A stretch of 64,000 nt of DNA from the human T2T-CHM13v2.0 reference genome, Homo sapiens, in assembly GCF_009914755.1 (NCBI RefSeq), contig NC_060925.1. One strand, written 5' to 3'. The notes below the pieces were generated by a model that searched no databases, was not told where the DNA came from, and saw only the letters and a list, made by a program, of their open reading frames with translations. A program made the translations under genes and the position numbers. Below are positions 1-12,292 of the stretch, one piece after another (positions within the stretch are counted from its first letter, which is position 1; every line of letters begins with the position of its first letter).

Positions 1-1695
1 CCCACAAGTTATTTTGTAGATATCAGCAAACTGATTCCAAAGTTTATATGGAGAGGAAAAAGACCCAGAATAGCCACCCCAATATTAAAGGAGAAAAACA
101 AAGTCAGAGAACTGAAATTACCTGACTTCAAGATTTACTGTGAAGCTGAAATAATCAAGATAGTGTGGTCCTAGTGAAAGAATAGACAAATAGATCACTA
201 GAACAGAAAAGAAAGCTGAGAAACCATCCCACATAAATATAGTCAAGTGATCTTTGACAAAGGAGCAAAGTTAAAATGACCAAGCAAAGATATAATCTTT
301 TCAACAAATGATACAGGAATAATTGGAAATCTATGTGCAAAATAATGAAACTAGAAACAGACTGTACACACTTCACAAAAATTAACTCAAAATGAACTAT
401 AGTCCCAAATATAGAATGCAAAACTATAAAACTCTTGGAAGATAATATAGGAGAAAATCTAAATGATCTTGGATATGGTGATGACTTTTGAAATACACCA
501 AATGCATAATCCATGAAAAAATAATTGATAAGGTAGACTTTATTAAAATTAAAAACTGTGCCTATAAAGACATGTCAGGAGAATGAGAAGACAAGCCACA
601 GACTGGGATAAAATATTTGCAAAAGACACGTCTGATAAAAGATGTTTATCCAAAATGTGCAAAGAACTCTTAATACTCAACAATAAGAAAATGAGAAAAT
701 GAACAACACCTTATGTAAAAAAAAAAAAAAAGCCAAAGACCTTAACAGATACTTCACCACAGAAGGTATACAGAAGGCAAGTAAGCATATGCAAAGATGT
801 CCAACATCATATGTCATTAAGAAATTGCAAAATAGTAGACACCACTACACACTTATTAGAATAGCCAAAATCCAAAGCACTGACATCACCACATGCTGAT
901 GAGGCTGTGGAGCAACAGGAATGCTCACTCATGGCTGGCAGGAATGCGAAATGATGCAGCCACTTGGGAAGGCAGTTTGGCAGTTTCTTACAAAACTAAA
1001 CATTCTTACCATATGATCCAGTAATCACACTTCTTGGTATTTATCCAAGGGAGTTTAAAACATGTTCACACAAAAACTTGTGCACAGATGTATATGATAG
1101 CTTTATTCATAATTTCCAAAACTTGGAAGCAACCAAGATGTCCTTCAGTAGGTGAGTGAATGAAAATATCTGTAGCATATCCAGACAATGGAATATTATT
1201 GAGTGCTAAAAAGAAATAAGCTATTAAGCCATACAAAGACATGGAAGAATAGCCTTAAGTACATATTACTAAGTGAAATAAACCAATCTGGAAAGGTTGT
1301 GTGATTTGAACTATACAACATTCTGAAAGAGACAAAACGATGGAGATCAGTGGTGGCTAGGGGTTTTGGGAAGGAAGAGACAAATAGATAGAACACCAGT
1401 CTGGAGGATTTTTAGGGCAGTGAGACTTCCCTGGATGATACCAAAATGGTGGACATGTGTCATTCTGCACTTGTCCAAATCCACAGAATGACCAGCACCA
1501 AGAGCAAACCCTGGACTCTGGATGATAGTGGCATGTCAATGCATGCCAATTAATTTCAGTAAGTATACCACTCTGGTAGATGATGCTGATCATGGGGGAG
1601 GCTGTGCAAATGTGGGTATGGAGGGTACTTGGAAAATCTCTGTACCTTCTGCTCAGTTTCGCTGTGAACTTAAAATTGCTCTAAAAATAAACTTT
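1..1695 (+). mobile_element. Old LINE-1 (L1MC1-like): degenerate ORF2 3' end and 3' UTR
   Basis: A-rich ORF2-like sequence (CCCAGAATAGCC, TCTTTTCAACAAATG, AAGACCTTAACAGATACTTCACC) running into an L1MC-type terminus GCTGTGAACTTAAAATTGCTCTAAAAATAAA; the reading frame is broken. Confidence 0.88.
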
Positions 1696-2542
1696 GTAGT
1701 TAAAAATAGGACTTTTTGGAGTGATGGAAATATTCTATATCTTGATGGTGACGGTGTATGCATTTGTCAAAACTCTTCAAAATGGGGAGGTTCATTTAAT
1801 ATAAGTTATATTTCAAAAAGGCTGCTTTGAGAAAATTAGAATTGTCCCTCAAATCTGCTTCCCTGCAAAGGCAGCATTTTTACGTGCACTGTGTTTTATG
1901 ATTTTGACTTGGCTAATCATAGAAAAGGATGAGGTTTCTACAGTTGATGTGGCAGCTCTGAGCTTGGGGTCTGTGTACTAACTGCATCATCAACAGGATC
2001 GGAAGCTCCAGGGGCCCACCAGAGTCATCATGGGCGTGGGATTAATGTGTGTGATCAGCATCTGCCCAGACGCGGCCCATGTGCCAAGGGGAGAGTGAAG
2101 GAACAGCGGGCACCAATTGAAAGGCTGGGGAACAGGGGCCTGGCAGAGTTTCACCCTCTGGCCAGTTCAGGGCAATTCAATTGAGTTCAATTCAGCATAG
2201 GTTTGCTGAGGCCAGCTATGCAGACCCTGCTGCCAGAGCCGGCGAGGGAAGCAGAGAGGATGAGAACATCCTCCTTAAGCGGGTGGTCTGGGAGGCAGAC
2301 ATATACTGGGAACAATGGTTTGTAGCTGGGGGGTCCCCTTTCATGATCTGTGTTTTGGAGTGTGGGGCAGAGGAGCTAGGGATCTCTAACTGGGGGAACT
2401 GAGGGCAGTTCCCTGCCACGGCGTCTTTATCTGGGTCTTGGTGTTGGGCAGGTTTCCACAGGTGACAGTACAAGAATGGCAAACCAGGAGGTGGAAAACT
2501 CGGAGTAAGGGATGTGCTATGTGTGAGCATACCTTGTGTGAA

Positions 2543-2691
2543 CAAGGTAAGAAAAAACAGCAGAAAGAACCAGAAAATGGACCAGCATCTTGGGGCTGAC
2601 ACCAAGTTGTCCCCAGGGGAGCGGGAAAACCCCCTCCCAGCCTTCCTCCCTATCACGTGGTGTGTCACCTGCTCTGCTGGTTTTTTGGTCT
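2543..2691 (+). repeat. Dispersed ~150-bp direct duplication, copy 1 (partner 6697-6846)
   Basis: Manual alignment gives ~14 mismatches + 1 gap over ~150 nt (~90% identity). Confidence 0.95.
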
Positions 2692-3036
2692 GAATGTCTG
2701 TGTCCCTTCGAATTTTGAAGTCCAAACACACAAGGTGGTAGCATTAGTGGGTGGAGCCTTTGGGAAGTAAGGAGGTTATGGGAGTGGAGCTGCCATGGTG
2801 GGATTAGTTACTTATGAAAGAAGCCCAGAGAGCTTCCTCACCCCTTATACCACGTGGAGACTTAGTGAGAAGGCACTGTCTATGAACCACGAAGAGAGTC
2901 CTCATCAGGAACTAAATGAGTCAGACCCTTGATCTTGGACTTGCCAGCTTCCAGAACCATGAGCAATACATTTCTATTGTTTATAAACCACTCAGTTTAT
3001 GGTATTTTGTTATAGCAGCCTGAACAGAAGAAGACA
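2686..3036 (+). mobile_element. MaLR LTR, MLT1A0-like
   Basis: TGGTCTGAATGTCTGTGTCCC start; TTGATCTTGGACTTGCCAGCTTCCAGAACC; GGTATTTTGTTATAGCAGCCTGAACAGAAGAAGACA end. Confidence 0.85.
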
Positions 3037-3479
3037 GGGGCAAAAACTCTCTTCAGTGTGTGGAGCTGACCCTCCAGCTACAGAGAAAAGAGTGGGTCCC
3101 AGACTCACTGAGCACCCCTGAGGGGCAGTAGGCTGGGGCCCTACCTATGCTGCTTTATGCCAAGAGTGTACTTGAGACTACAGGGATGCACGAGGCTGTC
3201 TGATGCTGTGAACGGCAAAGTTGAGCTTTGTCTCATGAAGACCACCGGGCTGTGGGATGTGAATGTCCCGGAGCTAGGGAGTTCTTGCACCAGAGAAGGC
3301 TGGAAGTCAGTAGAATGGAGCCAGGTGGTGACACAGTAATAAAGGAAGGGGACAGATGCACGGAGCACTTCAGAGGTTGAGTGTATCATTCTTCAGCGCA
3401 AGTTGGACAGGAGCCATGAAGGGAGGGTAGCATGGATCTTTCTAGGACTCTCAGCCTGGGTGACTTGGAGAATAATTAA

Positions 3480-3670
3480 CAATAATAACTACATGTGACT
3501 ATTACTGAGTGCCTATGTGTGCCAAAGTAGTTGTACAGAATGCTTAGATAAAGAATTCTAATTTTAATCTTCGCAAATCCTCTAGGTGGGGAAGGCTGAC
3601 AAAACAGTCTCAGGGAGGGTAGGTGTCCCGCCCAAATATCCAGGTGGGACTAGAATTCAGAGCCTCCACT
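3480..3670 (-). mobile_element. MIR fragment
   Basis: AATAATAACTAC...TACTGAGTGCCTATGTGTGCCA...TTTAATCTTCGCAA resembles the antisense MIR core. Confidence 0.55.
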
Positions 3671-6053
3671 CATGTTTGTCCACTCCTGTCACTCAGCAGG
3701 GGTGATGTTCCAGGCTTGAATCTGGGTGCAGAGATTCTGGGTTTCAGATCCAAGCTGGCAGTCCCGAGAATGACCCAGCAGGTGGCTTGAGAGGAGTGTG
3801 GAGCTCAGGAGGCAGCAGGTGCAGCAGAAAGGGGACTGGAGGACCATGAATGTGTCCCAGTGGAGAACATGGCAGAGGCAAGGGAGGAGGCGGTGAAGGG
3901 ACCTTGGAGGAGCTGTGCAAACACAGACTGCTACCTGGTCCCCTCTGCTACCTTCCTGACCTCCCCTCCCCTCTTTTTCAAACCATTTTGTCTCTCCTTT
4001 CTCTCCATTTCAAGCTACTAATTTCCTTAAATAAACTGTAGCTTAGACATAACATTTCACCAGTGAAAATTAAGCACAAAAACTCCACCTGATTTTTTTT
4101 CTTTTAAGAACTATCCAGATCTAAGCAAAACTGGAGCTTTGATTTATAAAATCACTCTCCCGGGCACACAGAAGGAAAGATGCAAATGAAAGCTACTGTT
4201 TGTAGTGAACATGCTGAGTACATGACTACAGTGTTCCTTCAGCCAGGCGGGATGCAGCTGGCTGCAAACATTCACGAACCACTGGAAGGGAAGACAGGCA
4301 GAACAAAGGGCTGAGGCATGGGGCGAAGTCTGATGTCTTCATTCCCTCTCCCACAAGAAGCAATCGCTGGCGAGTGCCGCGGGCCTTTGCAAGACAGGAA
4401 CAGGCCAGGGATCCAGGAGGGCGCAGGAATTTGGAAAGTAGTTAATATCAATTTTTTCATTATATGCTACTTTCCCTAAAGCAGAGCTGCCTCAATGTGC
4501 TTTGGGGTCCTCAACTCCCTTGGCTATTTAATATAAGAACCCTACATTGAAATTTGGGTGGGAAAAACACTGAACTACACGAAGAGAAGTTACATAAGAT
4601 TGGCAAAGTGAGCAGCACAAATTGATAAGCAGCTTAGATGGGGCCCGCCAATCAGCTGACGTCCTCCAGGGTCTCCAGGTGACCTGGGTTCTTCTAGGTT
4701 CACGGTGGGAGCTGGAAATGTTCCTGCCCAAAGAGATTCGGAAGCAATTATGGGAAAAGTCCTCGGGGAGCCGAGGGCATGCTCATGGGGTTCAGGAACA
4801 CCCCACTCACCCCCTTTACTCTTCATTGTCCCAACTTCAGCAAAAGCTCAGGTTTTCTTTAGCTGGAGCCAGGGCCAGGGCAGGTGGGAACCAGCCAAGC
4901 ACCACCCCCACCTCCACAGCCCTGGGCTTCTCACTCCTCCATTCAATTTCTGTGCAGCGACTAATTACACTTGACTAGTTGCCAAACATCCTATTTTGGT
5001 GCCTGAGCTCATATGACTGAGCTGTGATAACAAGGCTGTCTTTTTTCACACCAACTGAGTCATGAATAATGATCTTATATAGATATTTTTGGTGTGGGTC
5101 AGAATTTTGTTCTGTTTCTAAATGTTCCATTTTTCTTCCTTTTAAAACCAGAGTGAGGCTTGAATGGTAGGCAGCTAAGCCTTCCTGAAAAAGGGTCAGA
5201 GACAGCTTTGATGCCAGGGTCTGCGGTCCCCCCTGGGAGCCAGGGCATCCCTCTCCTCACTCTTTTCCCTCCTCCAAACACAAACTTCCTACAAAACCAA
5301 TTTTATGTGCCAGATGTTCCCCAATGCTGCAAATCTCGGTTCTGTGAGTGACATTGATTGAAAGACATGATATCAATCACAACATTTATTAAGTATGTAA
5401 AGGAGTAAGCAGCACTAAATTAATAACTTCTGAGACCTTGGGGCCCCAAAATAGCCAGCAGATAGGCCTCGGGGAAGAGCAAATGAATCAATGTGATCAA
5501 TTATTTGTCATTTACTATTTAAATAAGCCCCGGGGATAACATTAACATTGCAGTCAAAGTTGCATAAGCCTCTCAGTAATATCTGGAGTTATTATTTTGG
5601 GAGAAGGTCAGTCTTTTATTCACGCCAAACTTCTAAATTCGAATTATAGATGGCACTTGATCCATAGGAAAGGAAGCGGAGTGAGGATGCTGGAGGAGGG
5701 AAGGGTGCCCAAGAGGCAGCGGACAGGAGGGAAGGAGGCTAGGCTGCCTGGAGTGTGTGCTCCACAGCCTGAGGGTGAAGAAACTGCTGGGTAGAAATGA
5801 AGCCTTCCAATGTGTGACTTGGCGAAGGTGGATATTTGAACACAGTCTACGGTTGACTGAGCAGCTCAGATTGTTCTAGGGAAGCTTTTCAGAAAGCGTA
5901 TGAGCCTTTTTTAGTATTATTTTTAAAGAATCGGGTTGTTAATGGCAACCATTGAAAGGATGATTGAATAACTGCATGATGCAAGCAGTGTGCCGCCGGG
6001 CCTGGAAATGAAATGGGAGCGTCTCCATGGCTGTAGAGGTGGCATTCCAACCT

Positions 6054-6056
<3 letters not shown>

Positions 6057-6100
<44 letters not shown>
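6057..6100. repeat. (GT)22 microsatellite
   Basis: Perfect dinucleotide run. Confidence 0.98.
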
Positions 6101-6101
<1 letters not shown>

Positions 6102-6696
6102 TGTGAACATCGGTCAGGCCCTTCTCCCCTCTTCCAACCTCAGTGACTGAGAAAGAAGTACGGCTCCTATGGACAGGTTACCCCTAGGGCTCCAGTGTCC
6201 TACTCGTGGGGATGTTTTGCAACCCCCAAGAGAAGCACCCTTTGGATAAATATTTGTGAGCATTGAAATAATCTTCAAAACGTGTCCTTTTTTCCCCCCA
6301 GCCCTCTCTAGTTGAGGGCATAACATTCAAGTCCTTTTGCCATCTCACCTAACCTTGTATTCAGCTTAGCAGCAGTGTGTGCTTTGGGTAGAAGCTCACA
6401 CAGGGGGATCTCCAAGAGCTGATGAAGCAATCAATCATTTGGCTTCCAGAGTTCTCTTCCAGTGCTGGGGAGAATCGGCAATCCCCCCTTTCCCTGCAGA
6501 AAGAACATGGTGCTCTGAGTTCCTGGGCCATCGTTCTCCCTGGAGGGGCTGCTGAAGCCACAATGCTCTGTTCAGTCTTCTCAAGAATTGGCAAGAAAGA
6601 GCCTTGTGCATTGAAGGCCACTGAGGTCATGTCCTCCTGGGTCTGCAGGGCTTTCCTCAGGAGACAGGACTTTTCCAAAGCCTTGGACCCATTCTC

Positions 6697-6846
6697 CAAG
6701 GTAAGCAAAAGCAGCAGAAAGAACCAGAAAATGAACCAGCAACTTGGGGCTGACATCCAGGAGTCCCCAGGTGAACAGGGAAAACTCCCTCCCAGCCTGC
6801 CTCTCTATCACGTGGTGTGTCACCTGCTCTGCTGGTTTCTTGGTCT
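6697..6846 (+). repeat. Dispersed ~150-bp direct duplication, copy 2 (partner 2543-2691)
   Basis: Shares CAAGGTAAG...CAGCAGAAAGAACCAGAAAATG...TATCACGTGGTGTGTCACCTGCTCTGCTGG with copy 1. Confidence 0.95.
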
Positions 6847-6960
6847 TCTTTGGATTGGGAATGCATTTGAGGAGCTGGAGAAAGCACAGTCCTGCTTGAC
6901 TGCTGCCCCTAGACAAACTCAAAGGATTCCACAGTCATGTCCACGGCACCTTGGAAACTT

Positions 6961-7113
6961 CTAGGGCAGCACAGCCCCCTGGAATGCTCCAGGGTGATGG
7001 GAACATTCTATGCCTCTATTGCCCAGTGCGGAAGCTACCAGCCACATGTGGCTATGAGCACTTGCAGTATGGCCAGTGTGGCTGAAACACTGACTTTCCA
7101 ATGGTATTTAATT
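6961..7113. mobile_element. MER3-like hAT-Charlie DNA transposon fragment
   Basis: GATGGGAACATTCTAT...CCAGCCACATGTGGCTATGAGCACTTG matches the MER3 core. Confidence 0.75.
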
Positions 7114-7848
7114 CGGAATCCTGGATTCAGGTCAGTGACCTTTGGCAAATGAAGAATGACAGTAGGTTCTTACGTGTTCACCCAACGGCACGTTGACCTT
7201 CACTTTCAGCTTAGGGGCTGGGAGCAGGTGGGCTTAACAAAGGAGTGTGCAGAGTGAGGGTCAGGGATGATGCAGGCAGCCATGTTTGTGCAGCATCTCA
7301 TCCCTGTCCCTGTCACTATCACCATCATCAAAGCAGCCCCAAGTTCTAACTAGCCCCTGGGCGGAGTCTTCATCTCTGGGTCCTGATTTTCTATACAGGA
7401 AGCGGCTGGACACAAATTCATCTACATTTACACCTACTTGAAGGTGGGAACCAAAAAAAGCCAGACATTGCAGGCAGCCTGTCCATGCCCCTGACAGTGG
7501 TGATGGGGACTTGATCGGCTGTGCTTCCTTTTGGAGGCAGTCAGGGATGGGCATTGTGAACAAACAGGGCAAGGTCCTTTTTGAACAACACTGAAATTTT
7601 ATGACCCCAGGTCCCCCCAGGAACTGCCTTTTCTTGGGCCTTTATGAGGAAGAGAGGGACTTCTCTTGTGAGCTTTTCTAGGAGATGTAACTATCTTTGA
7701 AAGGAAAACAATTATTTAAAAGGAAAATGCCTTTTACCAACGTCCAGCTCTAGAAGCCTATGAACTAATTACCATGGGAAACAGGCCCTCCAGGTGGCAT
7801 TTTAGAACAAAGTTAGGAGTGACTGTCGCTGGCAGTTACCTATAGTGA

Positions 7849-8653
7849 TGAAATGGGACAGTTCCCTTATCCCCCTTGCAGGACATCCGACAGGGGTGTG
7901 GCCCTCTCCTTCGGTCACTCGCTGCTCAAACCCCTAGGGGAAGCATGCAGATGGGCAGCTGCAGAGGCCGTGGGGAGCACTTCTGGACTCTGGCCCCACG
8001 GCAGCCTCTAGGGGTGGGTGTCTTTGACTCCCAAAGCCCAAGTGGGCATGTGTTACCAAGCCCTTTTAGATTTGCTGTTTGCAGACAGCTTGTGTGTTAA
8101 TCAGCTCAATGAACCCTCTGCCTTATCCCAAGAGCAAGGCCAGTGTGACAGGCTTCTGTATTCTGAGTTCTTGCCCAACGTATTGAAAAATTGGATCACA
8201 TGTAAGCTTGAGGGATGAGTGCGAGGTTTTACTGAGCGGTGGAGGTGGCTCTCCGAGAGACGGATGGGGAGCAGGAAGTGGGGGATGGAGTGGGAAGGTG
8301 GTCTTCCCCTGGAGTTGGGCCGCCCAGCAGCTGTATTCTTCTCCCACCGCCCTCGGCTGAACTCTCCTTGGCGTCTGGACGTCCTTCCCCATCCCTCTTT
8401 CTCTGCCATGTTGTTCCGTTGTCACTCGCCTGCTGGTTCTGACGTTCAGCCGTTTGTGTGTGTGTCCGCTAAGGTCTCGGGTCTATATGGGGGAAGGATG
8501 GGGAGTGTGGCAGGCCAAAAAGCAAATTTTTGGGTGCAAAAACTGAAGTGCCTGTCCTCATTTAGGGCTGTGGCTCTTCAGGCTTGAGGGTGGGGCTTTT
8601 GCCTGGGAACTGCCCTCTTCTACCCAGTATTTCCCTGTCCCCTGTCCATATCA
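7849..8653 (-). mobile_element. ERV1 solo LTR, LTR1 family
   Basis: TG...CA termini, perfect 4-bp TSD GTGA (7845-7848 / 8654-8657); reverse strand begins TGATATGGACAGGGGACAGGGAAATACTGGGTAGAAGAGGGC. Confidence 0.88.
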
Positions 8654-10014
8654 GTGACACCTGCCTCCATGTGATGTGTCTGTCCTTCTTGAACAGAGCT
8701 TTCAGCCCTGCATCCCAACAGACATTTCAGAGGTCTGTTCTCCCAACACAGCCCCTCCTCTCCTTGCCAGGGCACTCAGTGTCTCTGCTCTTGAGGTCAA
8801 AAGCCAAGAACCCAATTCAGAGGACACTCTGCTGTGATGTCTCCCAGGGCTGCTCCTGCTGGTGGGAGCCTCACCCCCCTGGGACCAGCCCCAGAACCCC
8901 AATACCTTCACACAGCCCTTTCCCTCCATGGGTGTCGCTGGCCCTAAAACTACTGCCACGTGTGGCTCCTGAGTCTTTTCATGGGGGTCAGAACATTTCC
9001 GCCATGTAGCTGCCTCTCCAGAGCCAGGGACAGCCTGTCCTCTGATTGGGGGTCACCATGGGCCACCCCTGGAGCTCGTCTTTGTGTTGCCAGCACCAGG
9101 CGGCACCTTCCACTGTACTCTGGGCTTTTGGGTCCCTCCACAAAGCGACATCTTGATTCTACCCTCTCCCGTGCCTCCTGCTAAGAGCGTCAGCCTTTCA
9201 GATTGGGTGGGATTGTTGGGGATGGTGGAGGCTTAAGGCAGCGAAGAAACATGGGCCTTAAATGGGAGTTTGGAGGGGCTAAGAAGGACTTAGAGGCCCT
9301 GGAGACCCCAGATTCCAGCTCTGCCTACTTGACCATGGGGCAAACCCATCCACTGGGTCTACTAAGAGCCCCTCCCTCCCGGCACTGTGGGGAGAGCTGA
9401 GGAGTTGATCTGTAAAAGCCCTCAGCCCTGCTGTGTTTGGAAAAAACTCTCCCCAGATCTGAGTGCCACATTTATCTTTTATTTTTCCACAGGTGATCAG
9501 AGTGGTGGAACTTCCTTCTTCATTTCCCCTGCCCCTAAGTCTACACTAGAGTAACCCCTTGAAGATTCCTCACAAATAAACACCTGCCCAACCTTGACAG
9601 TGAGGTTCACCCTTGTGTTTGTTGGTTATCCCACCTGGGAAGGGACCCTTCCCTCCTGTGGCGGGGGGCAAAATGGAACTCAGTTTGCCTCCTCTTTGGG
9701 GGAAGGGAGTGGATAAGAGGATCATGGAAGTACATGTGAATTAATTAAATTAAATTAAATTCAGATTTTAATTAAATTTAATTCACATTTTAAACTAATT
9801 AAATTAAGTCACATTAAAGTCAAATTTTATTCAGCCAAATTTCTCTTAGAATAAACTCAATCTTTTTTGAGGTCAGTTTTAAGATGATCAACTATTGGCC
9901 AAGTATTTGTTGACTTCCTCAACTGTTAACAATACTCTTCTAAGGTGTTGAGATGCAAAATAAGCTGTATTTTACCTCCAGCTGACAGGAGGATGAGTTC
10001 TCCCTTCCTTTCCT

Positions 10015-10312
10015 TTTATTTTTTCCCCTCTGAGACAAGGTCTTGCTCTGTTGCCCAGGCTGGCATATAGTGGTGCGATAGTAGCTCACTGCAGCCTCAA
10101 ATTCCTGGGCTCAATCGATCTTCCTGCCTCAGTCTTTTGAGTAGCTATGACTACAGGTATGTGCCACCATATATGGCTAATTTTATTTTACTGTAGAGAC
10201 AGGATTCTTGCTGTGTTGCCCAGGCTGGTCTTAAGCTCCTGGCCTCAAGCAATTCTCCTGCCTCAGCCTCCCAAAGTGCTGGGGTTACAGACGTGAGCCA
10301 CTGTGCACAGCC
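10015..10312 (-). mobile_element. Alu (AluJ-like)
   Basis: TGAGACAAGGTCTTGCTCTGTTGCCCAGGCTGG...CCTCCCAAAGTGCTGGG; dimeric and diverged. Confidence 0.93.
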
Positions 10313-10769
10313 CTTTCCTTTTTCTTGAAGATGACATAGCTAGGCCAAGGAGCCAAGGTTTAATTAAATGCAAGAAGTAAATCCAGAACAACGTAAGATG
10401 TCCAATTGTGTGATGGCGTGGAGTCTGTTTCCCACAGCGCAGCAGTAACCCCATCCCTGGGGCATCTGGGCACAGCTGGTGCACAGCAGGGACAAGACAA
10501 GCAGGGTGGTCTAGAGAGTATGGCCTTCTCCCTGGGAGGCTGTACCCAGTGACCAAGACCAGCTCTGGTTCCTGGGCCTGGGCCTCATGAAGTGGCCCTG
10601 CTTCTTGGGGGAACTTACACTGTCTCAGATTCTGGGCCCTAGGCTGACCTTTCTCTCACTTTGGAATTTGGTCCAGAGTTTGAAATTGGCATGATGTGAA
10701 TGGAATATGAAAGTCTCCTGCAATTCAGCCATATAAGAAGGAGAAAAAGAAAAGAAACAAATGAAAACT

Positions 10770-11385
10770 TCCTCATAATCCTCATTCCTTAAATTTGGGC
10801 TGCACATAGCAGTGACTTTCTACCAGACACTGTGGTATGGAAAAGGGGAAGAGTCACTGCCTGGTGGAGAAACCTGACAAACACTCCTCCACCAGGGAAG
10901 CATTAGGGTCACCACAACAGTGATGCCTCAGGTGCCCTGGGTCTGATGCGATGAGAATAGCAACTTCACCTCTGGGGTCTTCCTTCCCTAAGACTCATAA
11001 CCCCAGTCCAATCATGAGAAGATCATCAGACATCAGACTAGAGGGACATTCTATAAATGCATGTCCAGTCCTCAAAACTGTCAAAGTCATAAAAAAACAA
11101 GGAAAGGCAGAGAAATATTGCTGAGCAGAGCCTGAGATGTGACGACCAATGGATGGGATCCTGGGAAGGTTAAAGGATATCAGGTAAAAGCTAAGGAAAT
11201 CCAAGTAAGGTATAGATTTTAGTTGATGTATCGATATGGGTTTGTTAATTGTTACACATGTAGCACACTAATGCAAAATGCTAGCAATAATACGAAAAAC
11301 TGGATGTGGTGTATATGGGAACTCTCCAAAATGTTTTTGAAATTTTTCTGTAAAGCTATAACTATTCTAAAATAAAAAGCTATTA
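10770..11385 (+). mobile_element. L1MC3-like 3' UTR
   Basis: GGGCTGCACATAG...GGAGAAACCTGACAAACAC...CATAACCCCAGTCCAATCATGAGA; ends ACTATTCTAAAATAAAAAG. Confidence 0.78.
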
Positions 11386-11407
11386 AACATTTTCCCTCCT
11401 TTTATCA

Positions 11408-11655
11408 AGAATAGTCAAATTCATAGAGACAGAAAGTAGAAAGATGGTTGCCAGGGGCTAGGGAGTGGGCACCAGGAATTAAGGATTAATGAGGACAGAG
11501 TTCAGTTTTGCAAGAAAGAAAAGCAAAGCAAAGTCCTGTGGATAAATGCTGGTGCAGACTGCACAATAAAGGGAGTGTAAATGTTATTGAACTGCATACA
11601 TAACGAAGGTTAAGGTAGTAAATTTTTTGTTATGTGTGTTTTACCATGAATAAAC
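11408..11655 (+). mobile_element. L1MB 3' end fragment
   Basis: AATAGTCAAATTCATAGAGACAGAAAGTAGAAAGATGGTTGCCAGGGGCT. Confidence 0.8.
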
Positions 11656-11682
11656 ATCTTTTTAGGTTTTGACATTTGATTA

Positions 11683-12292
11683 TTATTTTTTTTCTTTTTA
11701 AGTTCTGGCATATATGTGCAGAACGTGCAGGTTTGTTACATAGGTATACATGTGCCATGGTGGTTTGCTGCACCTATCAACCCGTCATCTAGGCTTTAAG
11801 CCCCGCATGCATTAGTTATTTGTCCTAATGCTTTCCCTCCCCTTTCTCCCAACCCCCAACAGGCCCCAGTGTGTGATGTTCCCCTCCCTGTGTCCATGTG
11901 TTCTCATTGTTCAATTCTCACTTATGAGTGAGAACATGCGGTGTTGGTTTTCTGTTCCTGTGTTAGTTTGGTGAGGCTGATGGTGAGACAGTGTGCTGAT
12001 TCCTCAAGGATATAGAACCAGAAATACCATTTGAGCCAGCAATCCCATTACTGGGTATACGTCCAAAGGATTATAAATCATTCTACTATAAAGACACATG
12101 CACATGAAGGTTTATTGCAGCAGTATTTACCATAGCAAAGACTTGGAAACAGCCCAAATGCCCATCAATGATAGACTGGATAAAGAAAATGTGGCACATA
12201 TACACCATAGAACACTATGCTGCCATAAAAAAGAGTGAATTCATGTCCCTTGCAGGGACATGGATGAGGCTGGAAACCATCATCCTCAGCAA
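11683..12292 (-). mobile_element. Truncated L1PA (about PA7-PA8) with 5' inversion
   Basis: Antisense 3' UTR (GTGCAGGTTTGTTACATAGGTATACATGTGCC) to ~11984, then sense-strand ORF2 end (AGAAATACCATTTGAGCCAGCAATCCCATTACTGGG) to ~12292. Confidence 0.9.

Noticed and set aside
2551-2687. Terminal inverted repeat (AAAAAACAGCAGA / TCTGCTGGTTTTTT) suggesting the 150-bp duplicate is a MITE
   Set aside because: Imperfect, weaker in copy 2, not at the exact ends, and no TSD
6422-6964. 180-aa ORF, and similar-looking minus-strand ORFs at 2216-2731 and 6361-6756
   Set aside because: The apparent paralogy (CW.IFWFFLL) only reflects the 150-bp DNA duplication; the reading frame is not preserved across the indel
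9470-9493. Strong splice acceptor TTTTATTTTTCCACAG|G
   Set aside because: No convincing matching donor or coding frame downstream; isolated acceptors are common
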